This document shows positions 42,080 through 51,339 of a stretch of 64,000 nt of DNA, one piece after another. The stretch spans positions 2,043-66,042 of the forward strand of contig REDG01000045.1 of assembly GCA_007693605.1 (NCBI GenBank). The letters run 5' to 3'. Source of the stretch: Bradymonadales bacterium (GTDB lineage Bacteria; Bdellovibrionota; UBA2394). The notes beneath the pieces are model-generated. The model was not told the DNA's origin. It did not search any database and saw nothing but the letters and a program-made list of their open reading frames with translations. The position numbers and the translations under genes are program-made. Numbering within the stretch: position 1 is the first letter of the stretch; each line of letters starts with the position of its first letter.

Positions 42080-43383
42080 TTTTGAATTTTGAGCGATCTA
42101 AGATTCTCAACCAGAGGGCTCGAAAGTGTATGCCAGGCGGAGTGAGTTCACCGGTGCGAAGTTTTTCCGGTGTGGGGGGAGAGGCTTTCGTCGCGGCGAG
42201 AGCTGAAGGGCCCTTTCTGTTTGATGTAGACGGCAATCGATATATCGACTTGGTGGGTTCTTGGGGGCCCATGATTCACGGGCACAATCCTCCAGAGGTT
42301 GTTGAAGCGGTCAGGGCCGCGATCGATCGAGGCTTTAGTTATGGAGTGACTTGCGAGACTGAGATTGAACTTTGTGAGAGCATTGTAGAATCCGTGCCGA
42401 GCTGTGAGATGATCCGTCTTGTCAATTCGGGCACAGAAGCCTGTATGAGTGCACTTCGGCTGGCAAGGGCTGTTACCGACAGAGATTTGATTCTTAAGTT
42501 TGAAGGGCATTATCATGGCCACGCCGATTCTTTTTTAATCAATGCCGGCAGCGGGTTGGCCACTTTTGGAACGGCTTCTTCTGCAGGAATTCCCGAAACC
42601 CAAACGAAGTCGACTCTCACGATTCCCTTCAATTCGGTGGAGGCGGTAGAGAAGGTCTTTTCTGATTTTGGAGATCGGATTGCTGGAGTTTTTTTAGAGG
42701 TCGTCACCGGAAATATGGGTGTCGTTCGGCCAGATTTAGATTTTTTGAGTAAGTTGAGGGAGTCTTGCGATCGATATCAAAGCCTTTTGATTTTTGATGA
42801 GGTGATGACAGGATTTCGGCTGTCTTTGGCAGGCGCTCAAGGTGTTTATCCGATCAAGCCGGATCTCAGTTGTTTCGGAAAGGTGATTGGAGGGGGCTTT
42901 CCAGTGGGAGCTTACGGGGGGCGTCGAGATCTGATGGAGTGGGTGGCTCCGTTGGGTCAAATGTATCAAGCCGGAACGCTTTCAGGAAACCCGATTGGAA
43001 CCGCAGCAGGGCTGGCGAGTTTAAATCTCATTCGAAAAGATCCGAATCTCTTTTATCAGAAGCTCGATCATGCGGGCAGTGAATGGCGTTCTCGTCTGGA
43101 GGCTCATATTTCTCATCGGTCCTATCCAGTTTGCGTGGAGCAAGAAGGAAGCATGCTGAGTTTGTTTTTCTGCCCAGAAAAGCCGAGAAATTATCGGGAA
43201 GTTCAAAAAACAGATTTGAATCGTTTTAAGAAGTTCTTTTGGGCCCTCTTAGAGAAGGGAGTTTATTATCCCCCCAGCGCATTTGAGAGCTGCTTTCTTT
43301 CAAGCGCCCTAGAGACCAGTTTGATGGAGCAGGTTATGGAGGCAAGTACGGAGGCCTTAGACGAGTGTTTTGAGGCCACCTAG
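42076..43383 (+). CDS. hemL: glutamate-1-semialdehyde 2,1-aminomutase
   Basis: 435 aa class-III aminotransferase with hemL-type motifs (YHGHADSFL, FDEVMTGFR). Confidence 0.9.
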   Translation: MILNFERSKILNQRARKCMPGGVSSPVRSFSGVGGEAFVAARAEGPFLFDVDGNRYIDLVGSWGPMIHGHNPPEVVEAVRAAIDRGFSYGVTCETEIELCESIVESVPSCEMIRLVNSGTEACMSALRLARAVTDRDLILKFEGHYHGHADSFLINAGSGLATFGTASSAGIPETQTKSTLTIPFNSVEAVEKVFSDFGDRIAGVFLEVVTGNMGVVRPDLDFLSKLRESCDRYQSLLIFDEVMTGFRLSLAGAQGVYPIKPDLSCFGKVIGGGFPVGAYGGRRDLMEWVAPLGQMYQAGTLSGNPIGTAAGLASLNLIRKDPNLFYQKLDHAGSEWRSRLEAHISHRSYPVCVEQEGSMLSLFFCPEKPRNYREVQKTDLNRFKKFFWALLEKGVYYPPSAFESCFLSSALETSLMEQVMEASTEALDECFEAT

Positions 43384-43441
43384 AGGCACAGGGGACTATG
43401 CCGAAAATGCAGCGCTAGTCTCAGAAGGTGAGGAAGTAAGA

Positions 43442-43672
43442 ATGTCTCCTAACAATCCCAACTATGGAAAAAAGCTATTCGTGCTGGCGATTGGAGGCTC
43501 TCAGTTTGGAATCGTCGTGGTGGCGGGCATTTTGCTGGGCCTCTGGCTAGACCGAAAATTCGGGACGACACCCTGGTTTGCCTTGTTCGGCCTCTTGGCC
43601 GGTGTCGCTTCTGCCACTAGCCTCTTGATTCGTATCGCCCGTTTAGTAAAAAAGGGGCCAGACGATGTTTAA
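43442..43672 (+). CDS. AtpZ/AtpI-family small membrane protein (putative F0F1 assembly/ion accessory subunit)
   Basis: 76 aa from the Met at 43442, with a GGTGAGGAAG ribosome-binding site. Two TM helices, directly upstream of atpI-atpB-atpE. Confidence 0.55.
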   Translation: MSPNNPNYGKKLFVLAIGGSQFGIVVVAGILLGLWLDRKFGTTPWFALFGLLAGVASATSLLIRIARLVKKGPDDV

Positions 43673-44027
43673 ACAAAGCTTAGTTTTCATGGGCCTGGGC
43701 TATCTTATTGGATTGATAGGCTTTTATCTGAGCGAGGGGGGAGTGGCCGCCATTTGGTTTAGTTTGGGAGCGGCGATTTCCGCCTTCAACTTTGTTTTGG
43801 GCGTTTATTTGGTGAGAACGGGCTTTGATCGAATTTCTTCGAAACCTATGCTTTTGGGGCTGATCTTTCTTAAGAGTCTCGCCTTTCTCGCTCTTGTGGG
43901 GGCAGTGCTGGTGGTCGCCAAACCCCAATTTTTAGCCTTTACCTTAGGAATTGGCCTGGTTATTTTCGGTCTAACTTTGTGGGCCCTGAACGAGGGCCGA
44001 AAAATCATAACAAGAAAACTGAGCTAG
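43665..44027 (+). CDS. atpI: ATP synthase protein I
   Basis: 120 aa with 4 predicted TM helices. Overlaps the upstream stop and precedes atpB. Confidence 0.6.
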   Translation: MFKQSLVFMGLGYLIGLIGFYLSEGGVAAIWFSLGAAISAFNFVLGVYLVRTGFDRISSKPMLLGLIFLKSLAFLALVGAVLVVAKPQFLAFTLGIGLVIFGLTLWALNEGRKIITRKLS

Positions 44028-44034
44028 AGGTCGA

Positions 44035-44757
44035 ATGGCTGCGGGACGAAATATTTACGAGACGATAGGAATTGAAAGCCCCTATACCTATTTTTCGGGC
44101 GCGGTCCTATCGGGTCTTCTTTTGATTGGCCTTGGATTCTTTGTCAGAAGGAAGTTGTCAAAGGCGGAAGTCTTGCCGGAAGACGGCTTTACACTTTTCA
44201 ATGCGGGCGTAGAACTCGTCAGAGTTTCTCGGAACTTTGTATGGGATTTGATCGGTCCGGGCGCTGAGAAGTATCTGCCGATTGTTTTGACGGCCTTTTT
44301 GTTGATTCTGTTTAATAATCTCTCAGGATTTATTCCGGGCTTTTTGTCAGCCTCTGAGCATCTCAGTCTAAACCTTGGAATGGCGGCCTTTGTTTTCTTA
44401 TCATATCAGTTCTTGGGCTTTAAAGAGCATGGCTTTGGCTATCTAAAGCAGTTTACGGGCGGTCTTCCAGTGCCTGGCTATGGTTTGGCCATCACTCTTT
44501 TGCTCTCAGTCATTGCCATCGTGGTTTTTGCGGTGGAATTGGTGGGCCATGTGGTTAGGCCGGGCTCCTTAAGCATTCGTCTTTTTGGCGCGATCTTTGG
44601 AGATCACAAGGTTTTGGAAAGCGTTTCAGAGCTAGTGCCTCTGTTTGTACCAATTGTCGCGATGGCTCTTGGGCTTATGGTTTCTTTGATTCAAGCTTTT
44701 GTTTTTTCGGTGCTGTCAGTGGTTTACATTAAGTTGGCAGTGTCACATGATCATTAA
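44035..44757 (+). CDS. atpB: F0F1 ATP synthase subunit a
   Basis: 240 aa with the conserved Arg-containing helix LSIRLFGAIFGDH and multi-TM topology. Confidence 0.85.
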   Translation: MAAGRNIYETIGIESPYTYFSGAVLSGLLLIGLGFFVRRKLSKAEVLPEDGFTLFNAGVELVRVSRNFVWDLIGPGAEKYLPIVLTAFLLILFNNLSGFIPGFLSASEHLSLNLGMAAFVFLSYQFLGFKEHGFGYLKQFTGGLPVPGYGLAITLLLSVIAIVVFAVELVGHVVRPGSLSIRLFGAIFGDHKVLESVSELVPLFVPIVAMALGLMVSLIQAFVFSVLSVVYIKLAVSHDH

Positions 44758-44791
44758 AAACCAGAACCTGATGAGAGGAGTAAATTTAAAA

Positions 44792-45139
44792 ATGAAAACT
44801 ATTTTCCGATTTTCCTACGCACTGGGAGTGTTTAGCCTGATGGGTGCAGGACTTTTGTTTGCTGAAGAAGCTGCTGCCACGGACTTGTCCGATAACGCCG
44901 CCTCCGTCTTAAAATGGTTGGCGATCAGTATGGGCTTTGGTTTGGGAATTGCCGCAGCCGGTTGCGGGCTTGGCCAAGGAAAAGTCGTGGCCGCTGCCAT
45001 GGAGGGAATCTCAAGAAATCCTCAGGGCGCCAAAGATATGTTTGTTCCCCTGATTCTTGGATTGGCCTTTATCGAGCTCCTAGTTCTTTTGACCTTTGTG
45101 TTTGTATTTATCTTTAACGCTGCCTTCAGCATCGCATAA
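44792..45139 (+). CDS. atpE: F0F1 ATP synthase subunit c with N-terminal extension
   Basis: Starts at MKTIFRF with a GAGAGGAG ribosome-binding site. The C-terminal ~75 aa form the c-subunit hairpin (GLGIAAAGCGLGQGK...ISRNPQ...FIELLVLLTF, with the carboxylate Glu in FIELL). About 40 extra N-terminal residues look signal-peptide-like. Confidence 0.85.
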   Translation: MKTIFRFSYALGVFSLMGAGLLFAEEAAATDLSDNAASVLKWLAISMGFGLGIAAAGCGLGQGKVVAAAMEGISRNPQGAKDMFVPLILGLAFIELLVLLTFVFVFIFNAAFSIA

Positions 45140-45169
45140 GTTCAAAATCTCCTTGAGAGAAATTAAATG

Positions 45170-45205
45170 AGTAGAAACAGCCCCAGAAATCTGGGGCTGT
45201 TTTAG
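45170..45205. terminator. rho-independent terminator (bidirectional) after atpE
   Basis: Perfect 9-bp stem CAGCCCCAG / CTGGGGCTG with a 4-nt loop (45178-45199), flanked by AAA upstream and TTTTAG downstream. Sits between the convergent atpE and lipoprotein genes. Confidence 0.55.
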
Positions 45206-45900
45206 TTGAGAGTCAAATTTCTCTGCACGCGATAGATAGAAATTCTTTGACCTCCAGCTGAGCGAGCCTGGGCCAGCTCTTGGCTTCTACGCCTCTCTAG
45301 CTCGACCAGCAGATTTCCGGCCTGTAGACTCAAAAGATCTGAAACTTCAATTTGTAGGGAGCTTTCGCCCTGCTGGTTAAAGATCCGATTCACAGATTTT
45401 CCGCTTTGGTCTCTGAGCAAGATGCGAATCTGTTCGTTCTCTTGAATAGCGGGGCCGAGCCAGACGAGATTCCAAGTCTCCGATCGAGAGATTTCTTCAA
45501 GATCTGCAGGAAAATCAATAGAAGTCAGAGTGAGGCTATTTGAAAAGCTCTGTCCGTCGTTTGCGAGATAGCTGAAACTATGACTTAAGATCTCTGAAGG
45601 ACTTATGGCCTCATAAATAGCAGCACCGCTTAAGAATTTTAACTTGAGCTTAAGGCTATCATGACTCACTTCACTGGGACTTTCGAGCTCAACAGAGGCC
45701 CCTGACAAATCAAGCACACGAAACTCAGCTTGCACGACAGTTTCGTTGTGGCTCGCATTGTAGGAGACCGTATATCGTTGATAGACATCTTCCGCTTCAA
45801 CAAGAGAAGACAAAACAATTTGGTCTGAGCCACAGGCTGCTAGAAGAACTGAACAAATCAGTCCAAACGCCCGACCTTTACATATAGCATCGACTCTCAT
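45202..45900 (-). CDS. hypothetical lipoprotein
   Basis: 232 aa with a signal peptide and lipobox (VLLAACGSD). No recognisable domain. Confidence 0.5.
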   Translation of the reverse strand: MRVDAICKGRAFGLICSVLLAACGSDQIVLSSLVEAEDVYQRYTVSYNASHNETVVQAEFRVLDLSGASVELESPSEVSHDSLKLKLKFLSGAAIYEAISPSEILSHSFSYLANDGQSFSNSLTLTSIDFPADLEEISRSETWNLVWLGPAIQENEQIRILLRDQSGKSVNRIFNQQGESSLQIEVSDLLSLQAGNLLVELERRRSQELAQARSAGGQRISIYRVQRNLTLN

Positions 45901-45913
45901 CTCAATCCCAAAC

Positions 45914-48484
45914 TTAAAGATACTTTTGAAGGTATTTACCTGTCATGGACTTTTTTTGATTCACGATTTCTTCTGGCCTTCCCGAAGCAAGAATTTCTCC
46001 TCCCTTTCGACCGCCCCCCGGTCCAAGATCGATAATATAATCTGCTGACTTAATCACATCGAGATGATGCTCGATCATCAGTACCGAGTCGCCTCGATCT
46101 ACAAGACTTTGGCAGATCTTCAGGAGTTGTCTGATATCTGAGAGATGAAGTCCCGTTGTGGGTTCATCCAGAATATAAAGAGACTGGCCACCTGCCCTTT
46201 TGACCAATTCCTTTGCTAGTTTGACTCGTTGGGCCTCTCCGCCAGAGAGAGTGGTCGCAGACTGGCCCAATTTAATATAAGCAAGCCCAACCCCTAGCAT
46301 CACCTGAATTCGTTTCTGAATTTGGGGGTAGGCTTCGAAAAAATGGAAGGCCTCTTCAAACGACATTTCGAGCACATCAAATATGTTTTTGTTCTTGTAG
46401 CGAACCTCAAGGGTTTGTGAATTGTAGCGCCTACCAAAGCAGGTTTCGCACTCTACGCGGACCCCGGGCAAAAAATGCATTTCGAGTTTGATTTCTCCAG
46501 CCCCCTGACAAGACTCGCAACGGCCTCCCTTGGTGTTGAAACTAAAGCGAGTGGCCCGATAAGCCCGCTGTCTTGCCATGGGGACTTTCGAAAAAATCTC
46601 TCGAATCAGCGAGAACAGACCAATATAGGTCGCTGGGTTGCTCCTTGGTGTTCGTCCGATGGGAGACTGAGTCACTCGAATGACTTTTTCGATTTTCTCT
46701 GCGCCCAGAACTTTATCGCAGCCAAAAGCCTTTTTCCTCCGAAGACTCTCCGACAAAACTTCCATAATCAGACTCGACTTGCCACTTCCCGAAACTCCTG
46801 TGACCACACTGAAGCAGCCCAGTGGAATTTTGCAGTCGATGGACTTAAGATTGTGGTGTTTGGCGCCTCTAATCTCTAGCCAGCCTTGTTTGGGCTCTCG
46901 TCGGGTCTCTGGGAGCTCAATTCTCTCTCGTCCGAGTATAAAATCGGCTGTTAGTCCCTTTTTGAGCAGGCGAGGCGGGCCCTCGGCCATCAGCTGACCG
47001 CCGTGTTCGCCGGCACCTGGCCCTAAATCGATCACAAAGTCCGCTTCTAGAATGGTGTCGAGATCGTGTTCCACCACAATCACCGTATTGCCAGCGTCTC
47101 GAAGGCCTTTCAGTGATTGAATCAGACGGTCGTTGTCCACCTGATGAAGGCCGATGCTGGGCTCATCCAGAATATACAGAACGCCTGTGAGCTGAACTCC
47201 CAACTGGGTTGCCAGTCGAACTCGCTGCTCTTCGCCTCCACTCAGAGAAGAAGATAGCCGATCCAATTGGAGATAATCTAAGCCGACAAGGCTTAAAAAC
47301 TTTAGTCGACTGACGATTTCCTTCAGGATTTTTTCTGCGATCACTTTCGAGTTTCCGTCTAGCTGAAGAGAATCAAAAAAATGAATGGCGTCATCCGGAG
47401 TCATTCGAGAGATGTCTGAAATCCTTTTGCCACTGATGCGAACGGATCTTGCCTCAACATTCAGTCGTGTTCCTTCACAGCTTGCACACGATGGAGCTTC
47501 ATGAAGAATCTCTTCTTCTTGATCTTCAGGCTCTGGCTCTTCGGTGAGATCGAGGCTGCCAAGCCCTCGACAATCTGAGCAAGCCCCCAATGGAGAGTTG
47601 AAGGAGAAGAGTCGAGGGCTCATCTCTGGCAAACTAAAGCCGCAATCTCCACAACTGAGACTCTGACTAAACAAGATTCGCTCCTGCTTTGGCTCAGTCA
47701 TTTCTACGACGACTCGACCTTTTCCGAGCTCAGAGGCCTTCTGAACGGCCTCTTCTAGTCGAGCCTCCTGGGCTCGATCTAAAATCAGTCGATCTACAAA
47801 AACTTCAATGTTATGGGGTTTTGACTTTTCCAGCCGTTGCCCAAGCTCAAGAGAAGCTTCTTGTCCGTCAATTCGCACCCGAACCAGGCCAGCTCGCACC
47901 AGATCATTGATTTCTTTTGCAAACTCCCCCTTCTTTCGTTGCGCAATGATCGCCATGATGCTGATTCGAGACTTCTTCGGGAGTTGATAAATCTGATCTA
48001 CGATTTGAGAGAGACTTTGATGAGAGACGGGTTGATCACAGTGAGGACACCGCGCCTCGCCCACTCGACTGTAGAGAAGTCTCAGATAGTCGTAAATCTC
48101 TGTGACCGTCCCCACGGTTGATCGCGGGTTTTTAGAGATATTCTTCTGTTGAATGGCAATCGAGGGGCAAAGTCCCTGAATGGAATCGATCTCTGGCCTT
48201 TTCATTTGATGAACAAACTGCTTCGCATAGGCAGAGAGGCTCTCTACAAACCTTCTTTGACCCTCAGCGAACAGGCTGTCAAAAGCGAGGCTCGACTTAC
48301 CACTTCCACTCGGTCCAGTGATGACGATGAATTTTTTCTTGGGAATCTTAAGGCTAAGATTTTTTAGGTTATTCTCTCTCGCCCCTTCGATTTGAATAAA
48401 ATCACGAATGAGGCGGCGAGCTTCTCTCTGCCCAACGGAGGGCGGCTTCGAGAGAGAGGTAGTAGCTTTTGCTTGAGGCTTCAT
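45914..48484 (-). CDS. uvrA: excinuclease ABC subunit UvrA lacking the insertion domain
   Basis: Two ABC ATPase modules (GPSGSGKSSLAFD, GVSGSGKSSL; LSGGE signatures) and zinc-finger Cys pairs. The UvrB-binding region is retained (IMAIIAQRKKGEF...VRVRIDGQ). Between CSDCRGLG and CASCEGTRL only ~25 acidic residues remain, where E. coli UvrA carries the insertion domain of roughly 110-130 aa. Start taken at the Met at 48484; the track start 48502 is TTG. Confidence 0.9.
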   Translation of the reverse strand: MKPQAKATTSLSKPPSVGQREARRLIRDFIQIEGARENNLKNLSLKIPKKKFIVITGPSGSGKSSLAFDSLFAEGQRRFVESLSAYAKQFVHQMKRPEIDSIQGLCPSIAIQQKNISKNPRSTVGTVTEIYDYLRLLYSRVGEARCPHCDQPVSHQSLSQIVDQIYQLPKKSRISIMAIIAQRKKGEFAKEINDLVRAGLVRVRIDGQEASLELGQRLEKSKPHNIEVFVDRLILDRAQEARLEEAVQKASELGKGRVVVEMTEPKQERILFSQSLSCGDCGFSLPEMSPRLFSFNSPLGACSDCRGLGSLDLTEEPEPEDQEEEILHEAPSCASCEGTRLNVEARSVRISGKRISDISRMTPDDAIHFFDSLQLDGNSKVIAEKILKEIVSRLKFLSLVGLDYLQLDRLSSSLSGGEEQRVRLATQLGVQLTGVLYILDEPSIGLHQVDNDRLIQSLKGLRDAGNTVIVVEHDLDTILEADFVIDLGPGAGEHGGQLMAEGPPRLLKKGLTADFILGRERIELPETRREPKQGWLEIRGAKHHNLKSIDCKIPLGCFSVVTGVSGSGKSSLIMEVLSESLRRKKAFGCDKVLGAEKIEKVIRVTQSPIGRTPRSNPATYIGLFSLIREIFSKVPMARQRAYRATRFSFNTKGGRCESCQGAGEIKLEMHFLPGVRVECETCFGRRYNSQTLEVRYKNKNIFDVLEMSFEEAFHFFEAYPQIQKRIQVMLGVGLAYIKLGQSATTLSGGEAQRVKLAKELVKRAGGQSLYILDEPTTGLHLSDIRQLLKICQSLVDRGDSVLMIEHHLDVIKSADYIIDLGPGGGRKGGEILASGRPEEIVNQKKSMTGKYLQKYL

Positions 48485-49367
48485 TCTTCCCAACCAAACC
48501 AAAGGCTGTTCCGTGGTCTACAGACAGTCTTAAAAAAGGGAGCCCTAAACTTATATTGATTGCATCAAAGAATCCATGCGTTTTTATCGGGATAAGCCCC
48601 TGATCGTGATACATGGCCAGTATTCCGTCATAGGCCTCTGCTTTGGCAAACAAACTATCCGCAGGAAAAGGCCCCTCGCAGTGAATGCCTAAATCTTGAA
48701 GCCGCTTGATCGCGGGGGCAATGATCTCGTTTTCTTCTGTGCCGATCAAGCCGTGATCAGAGGCGTGTGGGTTCAGGCCACAAACGGCGATCAGGGGCTT
48801 CTCGATTTGAAGGGCCTTCAGATAATCATGAAGGTGCCTGGCGGCTCGTTCAATCCGTTCCGGTCGGATGGCATCGGGAACCTCTCGAAGCGGAAGATGG
48901 GTGGTAACAAGTGCCACTTTAAACCGGCTGCTTTCCAACAACATGCAAACCGAGTTTGAGTTGGATTCTCGCATTAGAAATTCGGTCTGGCCCCTAAAGT
49001 TCGATTCCACCTGCGCGCACAAAGACTTGTCAACGGGGCCCGTAATCAAGCAAGGAATGCGCTCTCGCAGGCAAGTTTGGGTGGCCCCCCTCAGATCGAG
49101 AAGGGCTCTTCTGGCAGAATCAGGAGTACCCCGTCCGGGTTGAAAGCCTGAAAAATCAGGCTCAGCGTCGATCAAATTTAACTGAGTATTCTGCTTTAAG
49201 AATTTTAGTTCTTTTGAAAATCTCTCTTCAAGAAATCGACTCGGCCCAAACAGTCGAAGTTCTAGGCTAGGATGTTTTGTTAAAAATTCCTTTAATGCAG
49301 CGATGCAAACCTCGGGGCCGATGCTCGCTGGATCTCCACATGTGGCTGATAGAATCAGATTCCGCAC
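48402..49367 (-). CDS. pdxA: 4-hydroxythreonine-4-phosphate dehydrogenase
   Basis: 321 aa of the PdxA family (GDPASIGPE, HGTAFGL). Conserved surA-pdxA neighbourhood. Confidence 0.9.
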   Translation of the reverse strand: MRNLILSATCGDPASIGPEVCIAALKEFLTKHPSLELRLFGPSRFLEERFSKELKFLKQNTQLNLIDAEPDFSGFQPGRGTPDSARRALLDLRGATQTCLRERIPCLITGPVDKSLCAQVESNFRGQTEFLMRESNSNSVCMLLESSRFKVALVTTHLPLREVPDAIRPERIERAARHLHDYLKALQIEKPLIAVCGLNPHASDHGLIGTEENEIIAPAIKRLQDLGIHCEGPFPADSLFAKAEAYDGILAMYHDQGLIPIKTHGFFDAINISLGLPFLRLSVDHGTAFGLVGKNEASSKSYYLSLEAALRWAERSSPPHS

Positions 49368-49371
49368 TTAC

Positions 49372-50313
49372 TCAAGACCCAGAGCCGAGGCTCACTGTGA
49401 TGTCTAAGTTGCTGCGAGCCCTTTGAATTCCGTTCTCGAAGGCCCTTTGGAACCTCTCGGCACGAAGTCTTTGCGCGATAAGCTCTTGCACGGCTTCAAA
49501 ACTCTGAGGGCCCAAATCTTCTCGCTCCAAAATTCTAAACAGTCGAACCATCCCAGGTTCTTCGATTGATACAACTTCTTGTGAATGATCTGAGAATAGG
49601 GCGGTCTGAAGTTGAGGGATGACGGAGTGTTTCTCTAAGCCTCTTAGAATTCCTCCAAATTGAGCACTTGGACTTTGACTATAGTTTTGAACGCATTCAT
49701 TAAACTGTGTGGGATTTCTCGTGAAGCGGTTGACAAGTGCTTCAACAGTCGTCCGATCTTCTTGGTAAACTAAAAGACACTCTTGCACGGACAATCGAAT
49801 ATTCGAGCTGAATTCGTCTCGATTCTGTGTAAAGTAGTTTCGAAGCTCTTCTTCGGTAGGATCACTGCGATTCAGTTGACCCTCTTGTTCAAGCACAGAA
49901 GTGAACCTCTCCATTTCAAGTTGTCTTCGAATGTCTTGACGAATTCTGTTTAGGCTGAAGCCCTGAGATGTCAAAATCTGATCGAATTCATCTACAGATG
50001 AAATCCCTTGCCGATTGATGATCTCATGAATTCTTCGCTCTACTTCTTGGTCGGTGACTCGAAGTCCTCGATCGCTGAGTGCGATCTGAAGGATTTTTTC
50101 ATCGATCAAGTCTTCCCGGATCTCGCGCACGACATCCTGTCTGTTTGCTTCGCTGTTGTCGATCAGCCCTTGTGCGACCATGCTTTGAATTCGACTTTCA
50201 ATTTCATAGGTGGTGATGATTTCATTGCCCACCTTCACCTCGATTCGTTCCGAAAAAAGGCTGGCTCCAGAAGTGCTTAGTGGAAGAAGAAAGCTGGCGA
50301 TCAAAAAGAACAT
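49372..50313 (-). CDS. SurA-like periplasmic chaperone with degenerate parvulin domain
   Basis: Signal peptide, SurA_N-like region, and a parvulin-like C-terminal domain in which the HIL(V) catalytic block is replaced (RLSVQECLLVYQ). Confidence 0.7.
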   Translation of the reverse strand: MFFLIASFLLPLSTSGASLFSERIEVKVGNEIITTYEIESRIQSMVAQGLIDNSEANRQDVVREIREDLIDEKILQIALSDRGLRVTDQEVERRIHEIINRQGISSVDEFDQILTSQGFSLNRIRQDIRRQLEMERFTSVLEQEGQLNRSDPTEEELRNYFTQNRDEFSSNIRLSVQECLLVYQEDRTTVEALVNRFTRNPTQFNECVQNYSQSPSAQFGGILRGLEKHSVIPQLQTALFSDHSQEVVSIEEPGMVRLFRILEREDLGPQSFEAVQELIAQRLRAERFQRAFENGIQRARSNLDITVSLGSGS

Positions 50314-50385
50314 AGGACCTCTCTATAGCAAATTTTGAAGGATTTGAGCAGGGGCCAGGCAATAGGCCCTAAATACTTGATTTTA

Positions 50386-51339
50386 TTAAAGAGTTTCAAT
50401 CAGCTTCCGATTGTACTCGATCTCTGCCGCTCGAATCAAAGATTCTTCGAATCGTTGTAAGCGGGCGCGACGCCGCTCCTCCACTAGTTTTTCTAGAATT
50501 TGGGCCTGAACCTGATTGAAATCTAGGTTGACCGAAGGCCTTCGTTCCAGCACTCGAAGAATGTGAAAGCCAAAAGGCGTTTCAACGACCGGACTGATCT
50601 GATTTAGGGGGTGTGAACGAAGAATCTCATCAAAGTCTTCTGGCATGATCCCCATCTCTAGACGAATTCGAGCGTCTTCGGTGGCTTCTGGTCCAATGCT
50701 GTGCCGTCGAGCCAGCTCTAAGAACTCTCCCCTTCTGCGAGACTTCGAGAGTTGACTATGAATTTCTTCAGCCACAGAGCGATCTCCTACGACAATATGC
50801 TCGGCCACCGCCTCGGCGGCCCGTCGAAACTCATTAGGGTGATCTTGATAGTATTGAAGGGCTTCTTCTAAAGAAGGCTTTGGAATCGCAGCCTCCGCCA
50901 CATCAATCTCAAAGAGTTTTTCAATGAGTAAATTTTGTCGGACCAGTTCGAGCCATTCGACTTCGTCCACCATTCCCTCGAACAAGGCTTCTTGAAAGAG
51001 TTGTTCGGGATAGCCGGCTTTAAATCGCTCAGCCCCCTCTCTTACCTCTCGATCTGACACCTCGATGCCCCTCTCAATGGCATTGCTCAGAACCACCGAT
51101 CGTCGAACCAATGTCTGAACCACTAAATTCCTGATTTTCAATCGCTCTTGTCCCTGCAGAGAAACATCCTTTGGCTTCATGCTGTCATAGAGGTTCCAAT
51201 AGTCTCGAAGACTGATCTCAAGTCCATTTACTCGAGCAATGGGATCCTCGGGACCCGGCACGGTTTGACAGCTCGCCAATCCGACGAAAAACGCGAAAAG
51301 AAGAAAATGAAATTTACCGGTTGGACCACTAGTCTTCAT
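50386..51339 (-). CDS. parvulin-type peptidyl-prolyl cis-trans isomerase lipoprotein
   Basis: Start at MKTSGPTGKFHFLLFAFFVGLASC (lipobox LASC). Parvulin domain (AEHIVV...ETPFGFHILRV). Confidence 0.75.
   Translation of the reverse strand: MKTSGPTGKFHFLLFAFFVGLASCQTVPGPEDPIARVNGLEISLRDYWNLYDSMKPKDVSLQGQERLKIRNLVVQTLVRRSVVLSNAIERGIEVSDREVREGAERFKAGYPEQLFQEALFEGMVDEVEWLELVRQNLLIEKLFEIDVAEAAIPKPSLEEALQYYQDHPNEFRRAAEAVAEHIVVGDRSVAEEIHSQLSKSRRRGEFLELARRHSIGPEATEDARIRLEMGIMPEDFDEILRSHPLNQISPVVETPFGFHILRVLERRPSVNLDFNQVQAQILEKLVEERRRARLQRFEESLIRAAEIEYNRKLIETL

Noticed and set aside
41498-42272. Two long antisense ORFs (176 and 196 aa) opposite the lipoprotein/hemL genes
   Set aside because: They are fully antisense to well-supported genes, and their Pro/Ser/Arg-rich low-complexity translations are typical of reverse-frame artefacts.
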